A stretch of 58,411 bases of DNA from Candidatus Solincola daggyaiensis (GTDB lineage: Bacteria > Actinomycetota > Geothermincolia > Geothermincolales > RBG-13-55-18). The notes beneath the pieces are model-generated. The model searched no databases, had not been told where the DNA came from, and saw nothing but the letters and a program-made list of their open reading frames with translations. The stretch spans positions 1 through 58,411 of the forward strand of contig JACVJD010000004.1 of NCBI GenBank assembly GCA_015711825.1, in the 5' to 3' direction. Below are positions 19,053 through 29,181 of this stretch, piece by piece. The position numbers and the translations under genes are program-made. Every line of letters starts with the position of its first letter. Position 1 is the stretch's first letter.

Positions 19053-19892
19053 CTAGAGGGCGTCGGGATAGAACAAAGGCTCTCCGTATTCATCCACTCC
19101 GTAACCCTTGAGGAATTCCTGCGCTTCCCTGGAGACGCAAAAGGCGTTGAAGGCCCGGGCGCCCTCGATCTCCACTTGCGGCCATTTCTCCGGGTTGACG
19201 TTCATGACGTGGTAATCATTGAGTAGGCTCGGGTCGCCCTCGCAGAGTATCTCCAAATCCAGCTCGTCTTTCATGCCGAGGTACGTGCCGCGGTCGCTCA
19301 AGGTGTAGGCCGCCTTCTCGGAAGCGATGCGCAAGGTGTCTCCCATTCCCTTGCCGCTCTCCATGTACCAGGCGCCAGAGGGGTCAAGGCCGGCGGCTTT
19401 CCAGATGCTCTTCTCCTTGACATGCGTCCCGGACCCGTCCGCCCGCGACACGAAACTCGACTGCGAAGCGGCGATGGCGGCGAACGCGTCCCTGGCCGAG
19501 GCGGCTTCCCTCACCTTGGCCGGGTCCGCGGCGGGCCCGACGATCACGAAGTCGTTATGCATCACTGCGTTTCGCTCTACGGCGTAACCCTCGGCCACCA
19601 TCTCCTCCTCGTCGGCGGGGCTGTGCACCAGCATGACGTCGCACTCCCCCATGCGCCCCATGCGCATAGCCTCGCCGCTGCCCGCGGCGATGACCTTCAC
19701 GGAGTAGGGGTTGTCCTTCTCGAACATGGGGATCAACTCGTCAAGGAGGCCCGAGTCCTGGGTGCTGGTGGTGGTGGCCAGGATGAGCACGCTCCTGTCC
19801 GCCTTTTTCCCGCCGCAGCCGCACGCCAGGGACGCCACGGACAGCGCCGCCAGGAAGCCCACCCATATCGCCGGGGGTCTTTTCACCTCCAT
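19053..19892 (-). CDS. tupA: Tungstate ABC transporter substrate-binding lipoprotein
   Basis: Lipobox LACGC, tungstate-signature ATTTSTQDSGLL, MHNDF, SRADGSGTH, YTLSDRGTY. Confidence 0.93.
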   Translation of the reverse strand: MEVKRPPAIWVGFLAALSVASLACGCGGKKADRSVLILATTTSTQDSGLLDELIPMFEKDNPYSVKVIAAGSGEAMRMGRMGECDVMLVHSPADEEEMVAEGYAVERNAVMHNDFVIVGPAADPAKVREAASARDAFAAIAASQSSFVSRADGSGTHVKEKSIWKAAGLDPSGAWYMESGKGMGDTLRIASEKAAYTLSDRGTYLGMKDELDLEILCEGDPSLLNDYHVMNVNPEKWPQVEIEGARAFNAFCVSREAQEFLKGYGVDEYGEPLFYPDAL

Positions 19893-20280
19893 CGTGTTTC
19901 CCTTCCTCGTTCCATGTCCTTGCCGATCACCGGCGGAAGGCGCCTGCCGCCGCGCGCGCAAGGCCGGGCCGGTCCCGCGCGCGCCGCTAAGTAAGCTTCC
20001 GAGAGCTGCAATCGAACACCGTCGCCTTTTTGCAAATCTACCTGCACGGAAGATACGGGGGTTCCCCCGCCCCGCCGGTTCGTTTCCCTGGCCCTGCGGC
20101 CTCGGGGACGGAGCTCGCCGCCGCGCAAGCGCACCGCGTTCGTAACCTCGGAATCCAAGCCGCGGCCCCGGAACCGCCGAGCGCAGCGCCCCGTCAGCTC
20201 TCTTCAAGCGCCCCTTTCATACTCCTCTTTCGTGCCCTTCGCCTGCGCTATGCCGTGCCGCACGTCTTCGCGGTTTACTC

Positions 20281-21102
20281 CTAGAAGCAGCCCAGGGAAC
20301 AGGCCACGATCTTCACGCCCAGGGCGTTGGCCGCCTTGCCCACCTCCAGGGTGGGGACCCCCAGCTCCTCGGCCAGCTTGAGGGCTACGGCGCAGGGGAT
20401 GCGTCCTTCCTCCGCCTTGGCCTTCACCGCCTCCAGGACCTTCTCCTCCACATCAGCGGACATGTGTTCACCTCCCAGTCTTGCCGCCGCGCGCGAGAGG
20501 ACCATCTCCCAGGCCCTCTCCCTTCCCAGCTCGCAGACCGCGACCAGCTTGGCGCGCGGGTTCAGCTCCTTTATCCTCCTCTCCAGCTCCAGCATCTCCC
20601 GGCCCGGCACGGCGCCTTCCCCGTTTATGACCACGGCGTGCGCCTTCCCGACGGCGCCGTAGGCCGATTCCTTGAAGCCCGCGAAGGTGGGCCCCATGAT
20701 GAACACGGCGTAGTCGGGCTCCAGGTGTGAGAGGACGCTGTTTCCCTCCACCACCACCACCGGTGCGTGCAGGCGCGAGAAGGCCTCCCGCAGGTCCGCC
20801 GCCAGCCCCTCCCGGGTGGAGCGCACCCAGAGCACGGGGCGCGCCCCCGCCGCCAGCAGGCGCGAGGTGTCCGTGGGAGGTGAGGAGGCCGGGTCCGTCT
20901 CCTCCAGGATGGCCTCTCCCGGCGGGCGTTGGGAGTGGATGGAGACCTTCATGCCCGCGCAGGCGCGGCAACGGCGGACCAGGTACGCGGCCAGGGAGCT
21001 CTTGCCGATATCCTTGTTGGCCCCGGAGATGGTGATGATGCGGGGCCTCTCGCGTCCCGAAAAAAGCCCGTCCGGAGAGGACGGGCGCGCATCGCTTCGC
21101 AT
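20281..21102 (-). CDS. MobB-like P-loop protein fused to a small C-terminal CxLGCF domain
   Basis: ITISGANKDIGKSS, TDTSRLLAAGA, VVEGNS. Last 60 aa run MSADVEE...RIPCAVA...CSLGCF. RBS is the 3' end of the riboswitch. Confidence 0.75.
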   Translation of the reverse strand: MRSDARPSSPDGLFSGRERPRIITISGANKDIGKSSLAAYLVRRCRACAGMKVSIHSQRPPGEAILEETDPASSPPTDTSRLLAAGARPVLWVRSTREGLAADLREAFSRLHAPVVVVEGNSVLSHLEPDYAVFIMGPTFAGFKESAYGAVGKAHAVVINGEGAVPGREMLELERRIKELNPRAKLVAVCELGRERAWEMVLSRAAARLGGEHMSADVEEKVLEAVKAKAEEGRIPCAVALKLAEELGVPTLEVGKAANALGVKIVACSLGCF

Positions 21103-21106
21103 ATGC

Positions 21107-21203
21107 CTCTCCTTTCCAAACACGGGAGGCGCAGGCGTTTCCATCTGCACCCTATCGGCCCGGCCCCCATAGCCGTCGCCTTAGGGAGCCGGGCTCGGAG
21201 AGC
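21107..21203 (-). ncRNA. Moco/Tuco riboswitch (P3-less variant)
   Basis: Minus strand CUCUCCGA-GCCCGGCUC-CCUAAG..UAUGG-GGGCCGGGC-CGAUAGGGU-GCAGAUG GAAA CGCCUGC-GCCUCCCG..GGAAAGGAGAG. Matches the Moco motif with an 11-nt tetraloop receptor, overlaps the RBS and precedes tup/moeA genes. Confidence 0.9.
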
Positions 21204-21398
21204 TCCTATATCAGGCTCTTCAAGCGAGGGTATTATAACGTGGAGAGCGCCGCGGCTTCAACGCCCTGTCCGGATCCGGCCGCCGCGCCGTGAAGGAGGG
21301 GGATGCCCGCTCCCTTTGATCTCGAAAAAAGCCGCCTGGGGAGCGGCGGGAGGTCTTCGGTAAGCCTGGGCACGAAAGCTCCCGCGCCCGACACCGGC

Positions 21399-22973
21399 CT
21401 AGGTGGCTTGCTTTTCCGCCCGGGGAGCGGTGAAGAAAAAGGCAGCTCCCCCGCCTGGCTCCGACTCCGCCCAGACCCTCCCTCCCCAGCCCTCCACCGC
21501 CCTCTTCACCGTGGAGAGGCCGATCCCCAGCCCGGCCGATCCCGCCTTCGCGGAGCGCGTGAAGGGTTGAAAGATCTCGTTGTGCAGGTCGGGGTCGATG
21601 CCGTCGCCGTTGTCGCGCACGAAGATGACGGCGTCCTCTCCCTGCCGTAAGGAACCGATCTCGACACGCAGCCGCCGCCCTTGCGTGGCGTACTTGAGCG
21701 CGTTTTCCAGCAGATTGGAAAAGACCCGGCGCAGCTTCAGGGGGTCCACCATCACGCGGGGGAGCTCTTCCTCCACTACCACCTCCGCCTCCCTCTTCTC
21801 CAGGGCCTTCAGGCGCTCGCTCAGAACCTCGTCCAGCACCTGGCGGGGATCCACCGCCGCTATCTCGCCCCCCGGTTTTCCCGCCTGCGCGTATTCGAGC
21901 AGGGAGGCCGTGAGGTCGTCCATGCGCCTGGCGGCGGAGATGATGTTGTCGAGGTACATCTCCCTTTCCTCCTCGCTCACCTCTCCGGCCCTTAGGAGCT
22001 GGGCATATCCCTCGATGAGGGAGAGGGGGGTGCGCAGGTCATGGGAGACGGTGGTGGCGAAGGCGTCCAGCTCGCGCACGCTGGCGCGCAGGCGCTCCTC
22101 CATCTCCACCCGCTCCGTGACGTCGCGGGAATTGATGATGATCCCGCGCACCGAGGGGTCTCCGAGCAGGTTGGTGAGGATGGCGTGGTGGTGATGGTAA
22201 GTGCCGTCGGCGTGCCGGAAGCGCCTCACTCCATGGTAAGGGACACCGGGGTTTTCGAGTATGATCTCGAAATCCCGGCGCGAATCCTCCACGTCGTCGG
22301 GGTGTATGTAATCCAGGATGCAGCGCCCGTAGGTCTCGACGCCGTGCCCGGTGATGAGGGCGGTGGCGCGGCTTCCCCAGCGGAAGTTGAGGTTCTCGTC
22401 GAGGATGGTGATCATGTCCGCGGCGTTGCGGATGAGGGAGCGGTAATACCTTTCGCTGGAGCGGAGGGCTTCCTCCTTCTCCTTGAGCTCGCTGATGTCC
22501 CAGGCGACCATGAGCAAGCCCCCCACCACCGGGTTCTCCAGCAGGTTCATCCCCAGGACGTCCATGGCGCGCCAGCTCCCGTCGGCGTGGCGGTAACGGA
22601 ACTCGCTCCTCGGCCCCGGCTCGCGGGAGCCCATGCAGCGGCGGAAATATTCCAGGGCCCTCTCCCGGTCCTCCTCGTGTATGAACTCGATGGCGCGCCT
22701 GCCGGCAAATTCTTCCAAAGAATAACCCGCCACCCTTTTCAGGGACGGGCTGGCGCTCTTGATGACCCCGTTTTCGTCCAGGAGTATGCTGACCTCCGGC
22801 GAGTACTCGAGCACGAAGTAATATGCCTCCAGGCCCCGCCTCAGGGCCTCCCGCGTAGCCGCAAGCTCCTTTTCCGCCCCCTCCAGCTCGGCCACGCGGG
22901 CGCGCAGGCGCGCCGTCTCCCGCAGGAGTCCCTCTTCGCCCCGGCCCTCTTCGTCCCTGGCGTGCTTATCCAT
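21399..22973 (-). CDS. Cytoplasmic PAS-PAS sensor histidine kinase
   Basis: Two PAS/PAC domains, H-box VSHDLRTPL, NLLENALKY, DNGDGI, GLGIGL. Confidence 0.92.
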   Translation of the reverse strand: MDKHARDEEGRGEEGLLRETARLRARVAELEGAEKELAATREALRRGLEAYYFVLEYSPEVSILLDENGVIKSASPSLKRVAGYSLEEFAGRRAIEFIHEEDRERALEYFRRCMGSREPGPRSEFRYRHADGSWRAMDVLGMNLLENPVVGGLLMVAWDISELKEKEEALRSSERYYRSLIRNAADMITILDENLNFRWGSRATALITGHGVETYGRCILDYIHPDDVEDSRRDFEIILENPGVPYHGVRRFRHADGTYHHHHAILTNLLGDPSVRGIIINSRDVTERVEMEERLRASVRELDAFATTVSHDLRTPLSLIEGYAQLLRAGEVSEEEREMYLDNIISAARRMDDLTASLLEYAQAGKPGGEIAAVDPRQVLDEVLSERLKALEKREAEVVVEEELPRVMVDPLKLRRVFSNLLENALKYATQGRRLRVEIGSLRQGEDAVIFVRDNGDGIDPDLHNEIFQPFTRSAKAGSAGLGIGLSTVKRAVEGWGGRVWAESEPGGGAAFFFTAPRAEKQAT

Positions 22974-23224
22974 GAGCCCGATAAAGCCTCCCGTGTTCGC
23001 CCCGTCATCCCCAATTCTACACCCGCCGCCATCCCCCGTAACAAGACCCCTTGAGCCCGTGCCCTTAAAAGGGGGAAGCGGATAAAGCCGCGTGATGCGA
23101 ACACGGGTCGCCGGCTTCGCGCCTTTATGCCGGCATGCCCGCCGAGACGACGAGAGAGCCTTCTTTCGCCTTTGGGGTGGCGCAAAGGGGACGGGCCTTC
23201 GCGGTGAAAAAACCGCGCCGCATC

Positions 23225-25579
23225 TCAAAGGCGGTGGAGGGTGCGGGAGATGATCTCGTCCTTAGCGGCGTCCGGCAGGTCGTCGAAATAAGCGCAGTAC
23301 CCCGCCACGCGCACCACCAGCCCCGGGTACTTGCCGGGATTGCGGCGGGCGTCGAGCAGGAGCCCGGGATCGATGACGTTGAGCTGAAGCTGCATGCCGC
23401 CTCGCTCGAAGTACCCTCTCAGCAGGGCGGCGAGGTTCGCCGTCCCCGCCTCGCCTTCGAGGTTGCCGGGGTAGAGGCTGAGGTTCACCGCGCACCCGTT
23501 GGGCATGAGCCTGGGATCCACCGCGGTGACGGAGTTCAGCAGGGCCGTGGGGCCCAGGCGGTCACGGCCGTTGGCGGGACTGAGACTGGCGGCCAGAGGC
23601 TCCCCGGCCTTGCGACCGCTGGGAAGGGCTCCCGTGCCGCGCCCGAAGGCCACGTGACAGGTGACGGAGTAGAATCCCGGCACGTAGGGACCGCCCCGCG
23701 TGTTGCGGTGGCGCGCCAGGGCATGGTGGAACAGATCTACGACCAAGGCGGCATAGCGGTCGGCCCGCGGGTCGTCGTTGCCGAACTTGGGGGCGTTGAG
23801 GAGCTCCGCCCGCAGGCGCTCGTGCCCCGCGAAGTCCACCCGTAAAGCCTCCACTACCTCGTCCAGGGAATATCTTCCTCCCTCGAAGACCACCTGCTCC
23901 AGGGCGGCGAGGGAATCGGCGACGTCCGCCACCCCCACCCCCTGCACGCCGCTGGAGTTATGCCTCGCTCCCCCCTCCGTCAAATCCTTCCCGGACTCCA
24001 GGCAACCCTCCACCAGCATGGAGGAGAAGGGAGTGGGGTGATACTCGCGGTTGCCGACCTCCACCACCCGGAAGTCCGCCACCATCCTGTCCACCATGTG
24101 CTCTACCTGGCGGCGGAAGGCGTCCATCACTTCGTCCATACCGCGCAAAGCCTCGGCGGGAGGCGTCTCCGCTCCCACGCGGCGCCTGCCTCCGAAACGC
24201 CTGCCCCGATTGAGGGCCAGCTCCAGGCACAGCGGCAGGTTGAAGAGACCGGCGTCGGTGGAAAGGAAGCTGCTGCCGGGGAGGGCCAGTTCCACGCACC
24301 CCACCACCGCGTAATCGCGCGCCTCCTCCAGCCCATAGCCGTGGTGCACCAAGGAGGCCACCGCCGCCTCGTCCCCGAAAACGGCGGGCACGCCGTTGCT
24401 CCTGCGCGCCACCTCCGCCACCCGCAACAGGTATTCCTCGGGGGACCCCGAATGCACCCTGGCCTGGTAGTTGGGATCGCGCAGCCCCGCCTCCTCCATG
24501 ACCTCGAGAAAGAGATAGGTGAGATCGTTTACGGCGTCGTTCCCCTCGCGGTCCGTGCCTCCCACCACGGCCGCCTGCACCACCAGGTATCCCCCGTGGT
24601 ACCGGCTGATCCTCTGCGAGAGGAGAAAGACGTGCTCCACCGCCTTGGCGGTGAAGGAGAGGAGCAGGTCCTTGGCCTCCTCCCTGGTAAGGCGCCCCTC
24701 TTCCAGGTCCTTCCGGTAATAGGGATAGAGGAACTGATCCACGCGCCCGAAGGACACCGCCGAGTTGAGGCTCTCCAGGTTCACCGCCAGGTGGGTGAGC
24801 CAAAGGGATTGCAGCGCCTCGTGGAGGGTCTCCGCCGGGCCCGCGGGCACCTTGCGGCAGATGCGGGCGATCTCCTTCAGCTCCCCCGCGCGGCCCGCGT
24901 CCCGCTCCAGCTCCGCCATTCTTTCCGCCTCGGAGGACAGGCGTACCGCGAAGTCCACCAGGCCCTCGCAGGCGATGCGCGCCGCCTCGTAAAGGGGGCC
25001 CTCCTTCCCTTTCATCTCCTCCAGGAAGCCCCGCACCCCCAGGCGGATCATCTTCTCGTATCCGGGGAGGAAGTGTCCTATGCCGCCCGCCTCGTTGATG
25101 AGGTAATAGACCGGGTTGAGCTGCTCCCCGACATAGCGCAGGAGATGCCGCCGGTCCTTGAAGGCGCGGTAGTTCATGTTGCGCGTAAGCCAGTAGGGGA
25201 TCACCTCCGCCAACAGGCGCATCCTGTCCCTCCACGAGATGCGCAGGGGCGTGGTCTTGCGGCGGTCGATCCACAACAGGTCCTCGCTCATGAACACCCC
25301 CGCCAGCTCCGGCTGCATGAGGGCGGAGATGCGCCGCGAGCCCACATTGCCCACCATCAACTCGTGCGGGTAGATGCGCACGGACTTGTGGTGGAGAAGA
25401 TAGCGCAACGCCTTGGCCTTGCGCACCATCACGTGGTCGGAAGGGTCATCGTGATGCTTGTGGAACTCCGTGACCAGCAACGCCCTTTCGGGGCACAGGT
25501 ACACGGGAGTGGAGAGCAGCTCCTGCTTGAGGAGGCGAAAACGCTCGCTCCGCTGAATACCGGTTGAGACATTCTCCAT
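23225..25579 (-). CDS. Glycyl radical enzyme (PFL2/dehydratase-lyase type), substrate unknown
   Basis: Cys loop VVGCVE, Gly loop LVVRVAGY, SFGRVDQFLYPYY, PKFGND. Confidence 0.93.
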   Translation of the reverse strand: MENVSTGIQRSERFRLLKQELLSTPVYLCPERALLVTEFHKHHDDPSDHVMVRKAKALRYLLHHKSVRIYPHELMVGNVGSRRISALMQPELAGVFMSEDLLWIDRRKTTPLRISWRDRMRLLAEVIPYWLTRNMNYRAFKDRRHLLRYVGEQLNPVYYLINEAGGIGHFLPGYEKMIRLGVRGFLEEMKGKEGPLYEAARIACEGLVDFAVRLSSEAERMAELERDAGRAGELKEIARICRKVPAGPAETLHEALQSLWLTHLAVNLESLNSAVSFGRVDQFLYPYYRKDLEEGRLTREEAKDLLLSFTAKAVEHVFLLSQRISRYHGGYLVVQAAVVGGTDREGNDAVNDLTYLFLEVMEEAGLRDPNYQARVHSGSPEEYLLRVAEVARRSNGVPAVFGDEAAVASLVHHGYGLEEARDYAVVGCVELALPGSSFLSTDAGLFNLPLCLELALNRGRRFGGRRRVGAETPPAEALRGMDEVMDAFRRQVEHMVDRMVADFRVVEVGNREYHPTPFSSMLVEGCLESGKDLTEGGARHNSSGVQGVGVADVADSLAALEQVVFEGGRYSLDEVVEALRVDFAGHERLRAELLNAPKFGNDDPRADRYAALVVDLFHHALARHRNTRGGPYVPGFYSVTCHVAFGRGTGALPSGRKAGEPLAASLSPANGRDRLGPTALLNSVTAVDPRLMPNGCAVNLSLYPGNLEGEAGTANLAALLRGYFERGGMQLQLNVIDPGLLLDARRNPGKYPGLVVRVAGYCAYFDDLPDAAKDEIISRTLHRL

Positions 25580-25724
25580 CTTCCCCACCTCGCTGCGGAG
25601 ATTATATCACGCCGCCTGCCGTTTCTCCGCCCGCTCACGGCGGCGGCGCCCTCGCCTTAAGGCGCGTGTGCGGCGGGTCGATTAAATAACACGGCGAACT
25701 TTCAGCGAAGCGAGCGGGAGAGAG

Positions 25725-27929
25725 ATGGGGAACGAGGCGTCGCGCATACGGAGGCTGCTGGAAGAGTCCTCCAGGAGACTCCTGAAAAAGTCCGCTTTGT
25801 CGGCCATCACCATCCCCGTCCTGGTGCTGGCCCTCTTCTCCTTGACCGTTTTCCGCTTTTCCGCCCGCCAGTACCTGGTATTCCTGCTGGCCCTCGTGGC
25901 GGTGGTGGTGCCTCTGGTCATCGTCTTCGCCATAACCTACATATCGCGGCAACGCCGCCTCATGGCGCGCCTGGAGGCTTGGTACGAGCGGAGCAGGGAC
26001 CCCGACGACCCCGGTGACCGCGCCCTGGCCACGCGTCTGCAGAGGCTTATCGACGGCTCCAGCGACCAGCACGGCCTCATGGTCGCCGCGGGCATCTTTC
26101 TCAGCATAACCCTCAGCGTGCTGCTCTTCGGGCGCTATGCCGACTTCACCCCCTATACTTCCGTTGCCTACGTCTCCCTCGGCGCCCTCCTCGCCCTCAC
26201 GGATTATTTCGTCACCCTTTTCGTGTCCCACCGCGAGATGCGACCCGTGCTGCAGGCCTTCCTCTCCGACTGCCGCGGCTTCGGCTTCCATACCGCCTCG
26301 GGCATCGGGAGGCGCCTGGGCATATTCGCCATGACCATCCTCCTGCTGGCCCTGGGCATCACCTGGATCGCCTCCTCCTACATCTCCAGCGACTTGCTCA
26401 AGGAGGAACTGGAGCGGCGGGGGAGAGACAACGTCCTCCTGCTCGCGGAGCGGCTCGCGGACCTGGGCGGGGAAGGGACGCTGCGTGACCGCGGCGGGGA
26501 GGAAGCGGCGGGGCTTGCCATGGGCGAGCATGAGATGCTGGTGGTCTACGACGGCGGCGGGAAAGCTGTGGCGGAGTTCTCGCGCGGGGAGGTGGACGGC
26601 GGCGCGTGGGAGGAGCTGGCGACGGGGGCCGCCGAGGCCGAATCGGGGGCCGTGAGCCGCATCCGGCAACACGGAAGGCGGGAATACCTGGTCAGCGCCG
26701 CTCCCCTCGCCGGCGGGGACGGCGGCTTTCTGGTCAGGGTATCGGCCGTCGACACCTCCTTCCGGGCCCTGGGCAGGCTCACCCCCACCATGCTGCTGCT
26801 GCTGCTCCTGGGCACAGGCGTGGCCGCTTTCCTCACCGCGCTCATGACCCGCAACCTCGCCGACCCCATCCGCCGCCTGGTGCGCACCTGCCGCGTGGTG
26901 GGCACCGGCGACCTGACGGCGGAGGTGCCGGTGGATTCCCTGGACGACATGGGAGAGCTTGCCAGTTCATACGGGGAGATGCTGCGGTCGCTGCGCCGTA
27001 TCAGCAGCGAGCTGCGCGAGACCTCCGGGGAGGTGAGCGAAGGGGCGGTGAGCATCGTGGCCGTGTCCGAGCAGATCATGGCGGCCATCGAGGAACTCAA
27101 CGCCCTGGTGCAGGACCTCTCCGCGCAGATAGAGCATGAGGTAAACCAGATCAAGAAGGTGGAGGAGGTGATGCTCGGCGTGGCCGAGACCATCTCCATG
27201 GCCCATGCCGAGGCCAGCCGGAGTTTCGAGATCGGCCGTAAGGCCGAGACGGCGGTGCGGGAGGGGAGGGAGCACGCGCGCGACGCGGTGGAGAAGATCG
27301 CCGATTTCAAGGGCGTCCTGGACGAGTCCATGGAAGCGGTGCTCTCCCTGGGGGAGAGCTCCCGCAAGATCGGCACCATCGTGGATATCATCACCCGCAT
27401 CGCCGACCAGACCAACCTCCTGGCCCTCAACGCCGCCATCGAGGCGGCGAGGGTCCCGGAACACGGCAAGGGTTTCGCGGTGGTCGCGGACGAGGTGAAG
27501 AAGCTGGCCCAGGAGGCCGCGGCATCGGCGCAGCGGATCCACGACCTGGTGAGGGCGATACAGGGCGACGTGGAGAGGGCCCGGGGACTGATGGAGAAGG
27601 GGACCATGGGCATGTACGTGGGCATGGAAACGGTGGAGCGCACCGACCAGTCCCTGGCGGTCATATCCGAGATCGTGGGCGAGATGGCCGGCATGGCCAA
27701 CGCCATCGCGGAGGCTTCCTCGCGGGAGCTGGCCGAAAGCGAGAGGCTGGCCGATTCGCTGCGCGCCATGAAGGAACAGGTGGAGGCGACGGCGGGGGCC
27801 TACGAGGAGATCGGGGCCTCGTCCGAGGAACAGACCGCCGCCACCAGCGAGCTGACCGGCACCGCGGAGCGCCTTGCCCGCATCGCCGAGAGGCTACAGG
27901 AGATGGTGGCGCACTTCAAGATCTCTTGA
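25725..27929 (+). CDS. Methyl-accepting chemotaxis protein (multi-TM, HAMP, MA domain)
   Basis: [37 protein letters not shown], several N-terminal TM helices. Confidence 0.93.
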   Translation: MGNEASRIRRLLEESSRRLLKKSALSAITIPVLVLALFSLTVFRFSARQYLVFLLALVAVVVPLVIVFAITYISRQRRLMARLEAWYERSRDPDDPGDRALATRLQRLIDGSSDQHGLMVAAGIFLSITLSVLLFGRYADFTPYTSVAYVSLGALLALTDYFVTLFVSHREMRPVLQAFLSDCRGFGFHTASGIGRRLGIFAMTILLLALGITWIASSYISSDLLKEELERRGRDNVLLLAERLADLGGEGTLRDRGGEEAAGLAMGEHEMLVVYDGGGKAVAEFSRGEVDGGAWEELATGAAEAESGAVSRIRQHGRREYLVSAAPLAGGDGGFLVRVSAVDTSFRALGRLTPTMLLLLLLGTGVAAFLTALMTRNLADPIRRLVRTCRVVGTGDLTAEVPVDSLDDMGELASSYGEMLRSLRRISSELRETSGEVSEGAVSIVAVSEQIMAAIEELNALVQDLSAQIEHEVNQIKKVEEVMLGVAETISMAHAEASRSFEIGRKAETAVREGREHARDAVEKIADFKGVLDESMEAVLSLGESSRKIGTIVDIITRIADQTNLLALNAAIEAARVPEHGKGFAVVADEVKKLAQEAAASAQRIHDLVRAIQGDVERARGLMEKGTMGMYVGMETVERTDQSLAVISEIVGEMAGMANAIAEASSRELAESERLADSLRAMKEQVEATAGAYEEIGASSEEQTAATSELTGTAERLARIAERLQEMVAHFKIS

Positions 27930-28125
27930 GCCCGGGTGAGGCGGCGGGGACGGCGAGGGTGTAACCGCATTCCATCTCCTTCCATTTCCAAACCTTCCAT
28001 TTCCAAACCGGCAGGTTCAACCGCGAAGGAGAGGGGAAAAGGCGATCGGACACGCCGCATGAATTCTTTCCACTCCCCTGTCGCCATGCGGGCTATGCGG
28101 GATGGAGCGGAGCCTCGCGCGGGAG

Positions 28126-29181
28126 TCAGGCCGCGGTGAGGGTCATCTTCGCCACCGCCGTCTCGGCCCAGTCGTAATCCCCCAGCTCCAGTTCCTTGCC
28201 GGTCAGCATCTCCACCATGCCCCAGATCCTTCCGGCCATCAGCGGCCCGTAGAAGGGGTTGAGGAGGCGAAGGGCGAATCCCTCTCCTTCTTTTTCCATC
28301 CCGACGGGAAGCCCCCACCCGAAGAGGGCCATGCGGAAAGCCTCCTCCTGGAACGATGCGCCGTCCTTCAGGGCGGCATAGTACTCGCGGGCGTGATCCC
28401 GCGCGATCTCCGCCAGCATGCGCTCCACGTCCTCGCCCAGCTCCTCCACCAGCACCTTCATCACCGCCGCCAGGCCGCGCGTGTTGTCGAAGACGAACCT
28501 CCGTCCGGAGCGCCTCTCGGTGATGAGGGATTCCTCCACCCTCCAGTCCAAGGCCCGAGAGAGCTCGCGGGGAGCGGAGCAACGCGGACAGGGCTGGTAT
28601 GCAGCGTCTCCTTCCTGCGAGAGCGACGGGGCCTCCTCGACCTCGGATTCGATGCGCCGCTCCAGCTCCTCATCGCCCTCTCGCGGAACGATAAGCACCC
28701 GGCACCGCTTCTCGTCGCCCTCATAATCCACTTCGCCCCTGACGCCCATCACCGCCTCGTAAACCCCCGCCGCCTGCCCGAGGGCCATGGGCAGGTTGTA
28801 CGCGCTCTCCATGTCCAGGACGACGCCGCCATCCTCGCGGATATCCAGTATGGTCACCTTGCCGAAACCGGGAACGGCGTAGTTGGCGGCCATCATGCGC
28901 ATGAAATCCCCCGCCTCCGGGACGGCGGAACCGGACTCCTTCATCTTTCCTATCAACCCCCGCGCGTAATGCGCGGAGTCCTTACGCTTTCCCTCCGTCA
29001 CCAGGCGCGAGACGTCGTACCCCATGCGCGCCGAAAGCGAGGCTACAAGGTGCCCCAGCTCCCCGCTATCTATGAACATGCCGCGAAGGTCGGGTTCGTA
29101 CCTGCTCATAATGGTCCCGTTCCGCTTCCACTCGTTGGCCTTGCCCACTCCCCTGGGAAGCCCGCAGTCATCGCAGTACAT
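28126..29181 (-). CDS. Hypothetical protein with two CxxC-initiated V4R-like repeats
   Basis: GGAGGAGG RBS. Halves CDDCGLPR..W..R.MFID and CPRCSAPR..W..RRFVFD align; GFG/GWG and NLPMALG/YGPLMAG motifs. Confidence 0.75.
   Translation of the reverse strand: MYCDDCGLPRGVGKANEWKRNGTIMSRYEPDLRGMFIDSGELGHLVASLSARMGYDVSRLVTEGKRKDSAHYARGLIGKMKESGSAVPEAGDFMRMMAANYAVPGFGKVTILDIREDGGVVLDMESAYNLPMALGQAAGVYEAVMGVRGEVDYEGDEKRCRVLIVPREGDEELERRIESEVEEAPSLSQEGDAAYQPCPRCSAPRELSRALDWRVEESLITERRSGRRFVFDNTRGLAAVMKVLVEELGEDVERMLAEIARDHAREYYAALKDGASFQEEAFRMALFGWGLPVGMEKEGEGFALRLLNPFYGPLMAGRIWGMVEMLTGKELELGDYDWAETAVAKMTLTAA

Noticed and set aside
19883-20158. 91-aa ORF or second riboswitch upstream of tupA
   Set aside because: No recognisable motif, Arg/Gly-rich, overlaps the tupA start; no Moco consensus found here.
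23225-25579. Calling the GRE pflB, cutC or hypD
   Set aside because: Single Cys (GCVE) rather than the PFL CC pair, and no diagnostic context or confidently matched specificity residues.
27980-28009. 15-bp tandem TTCCATTTCCAAACC x2
   Set aside because: Only two copies between convergent genes; likely slippage.
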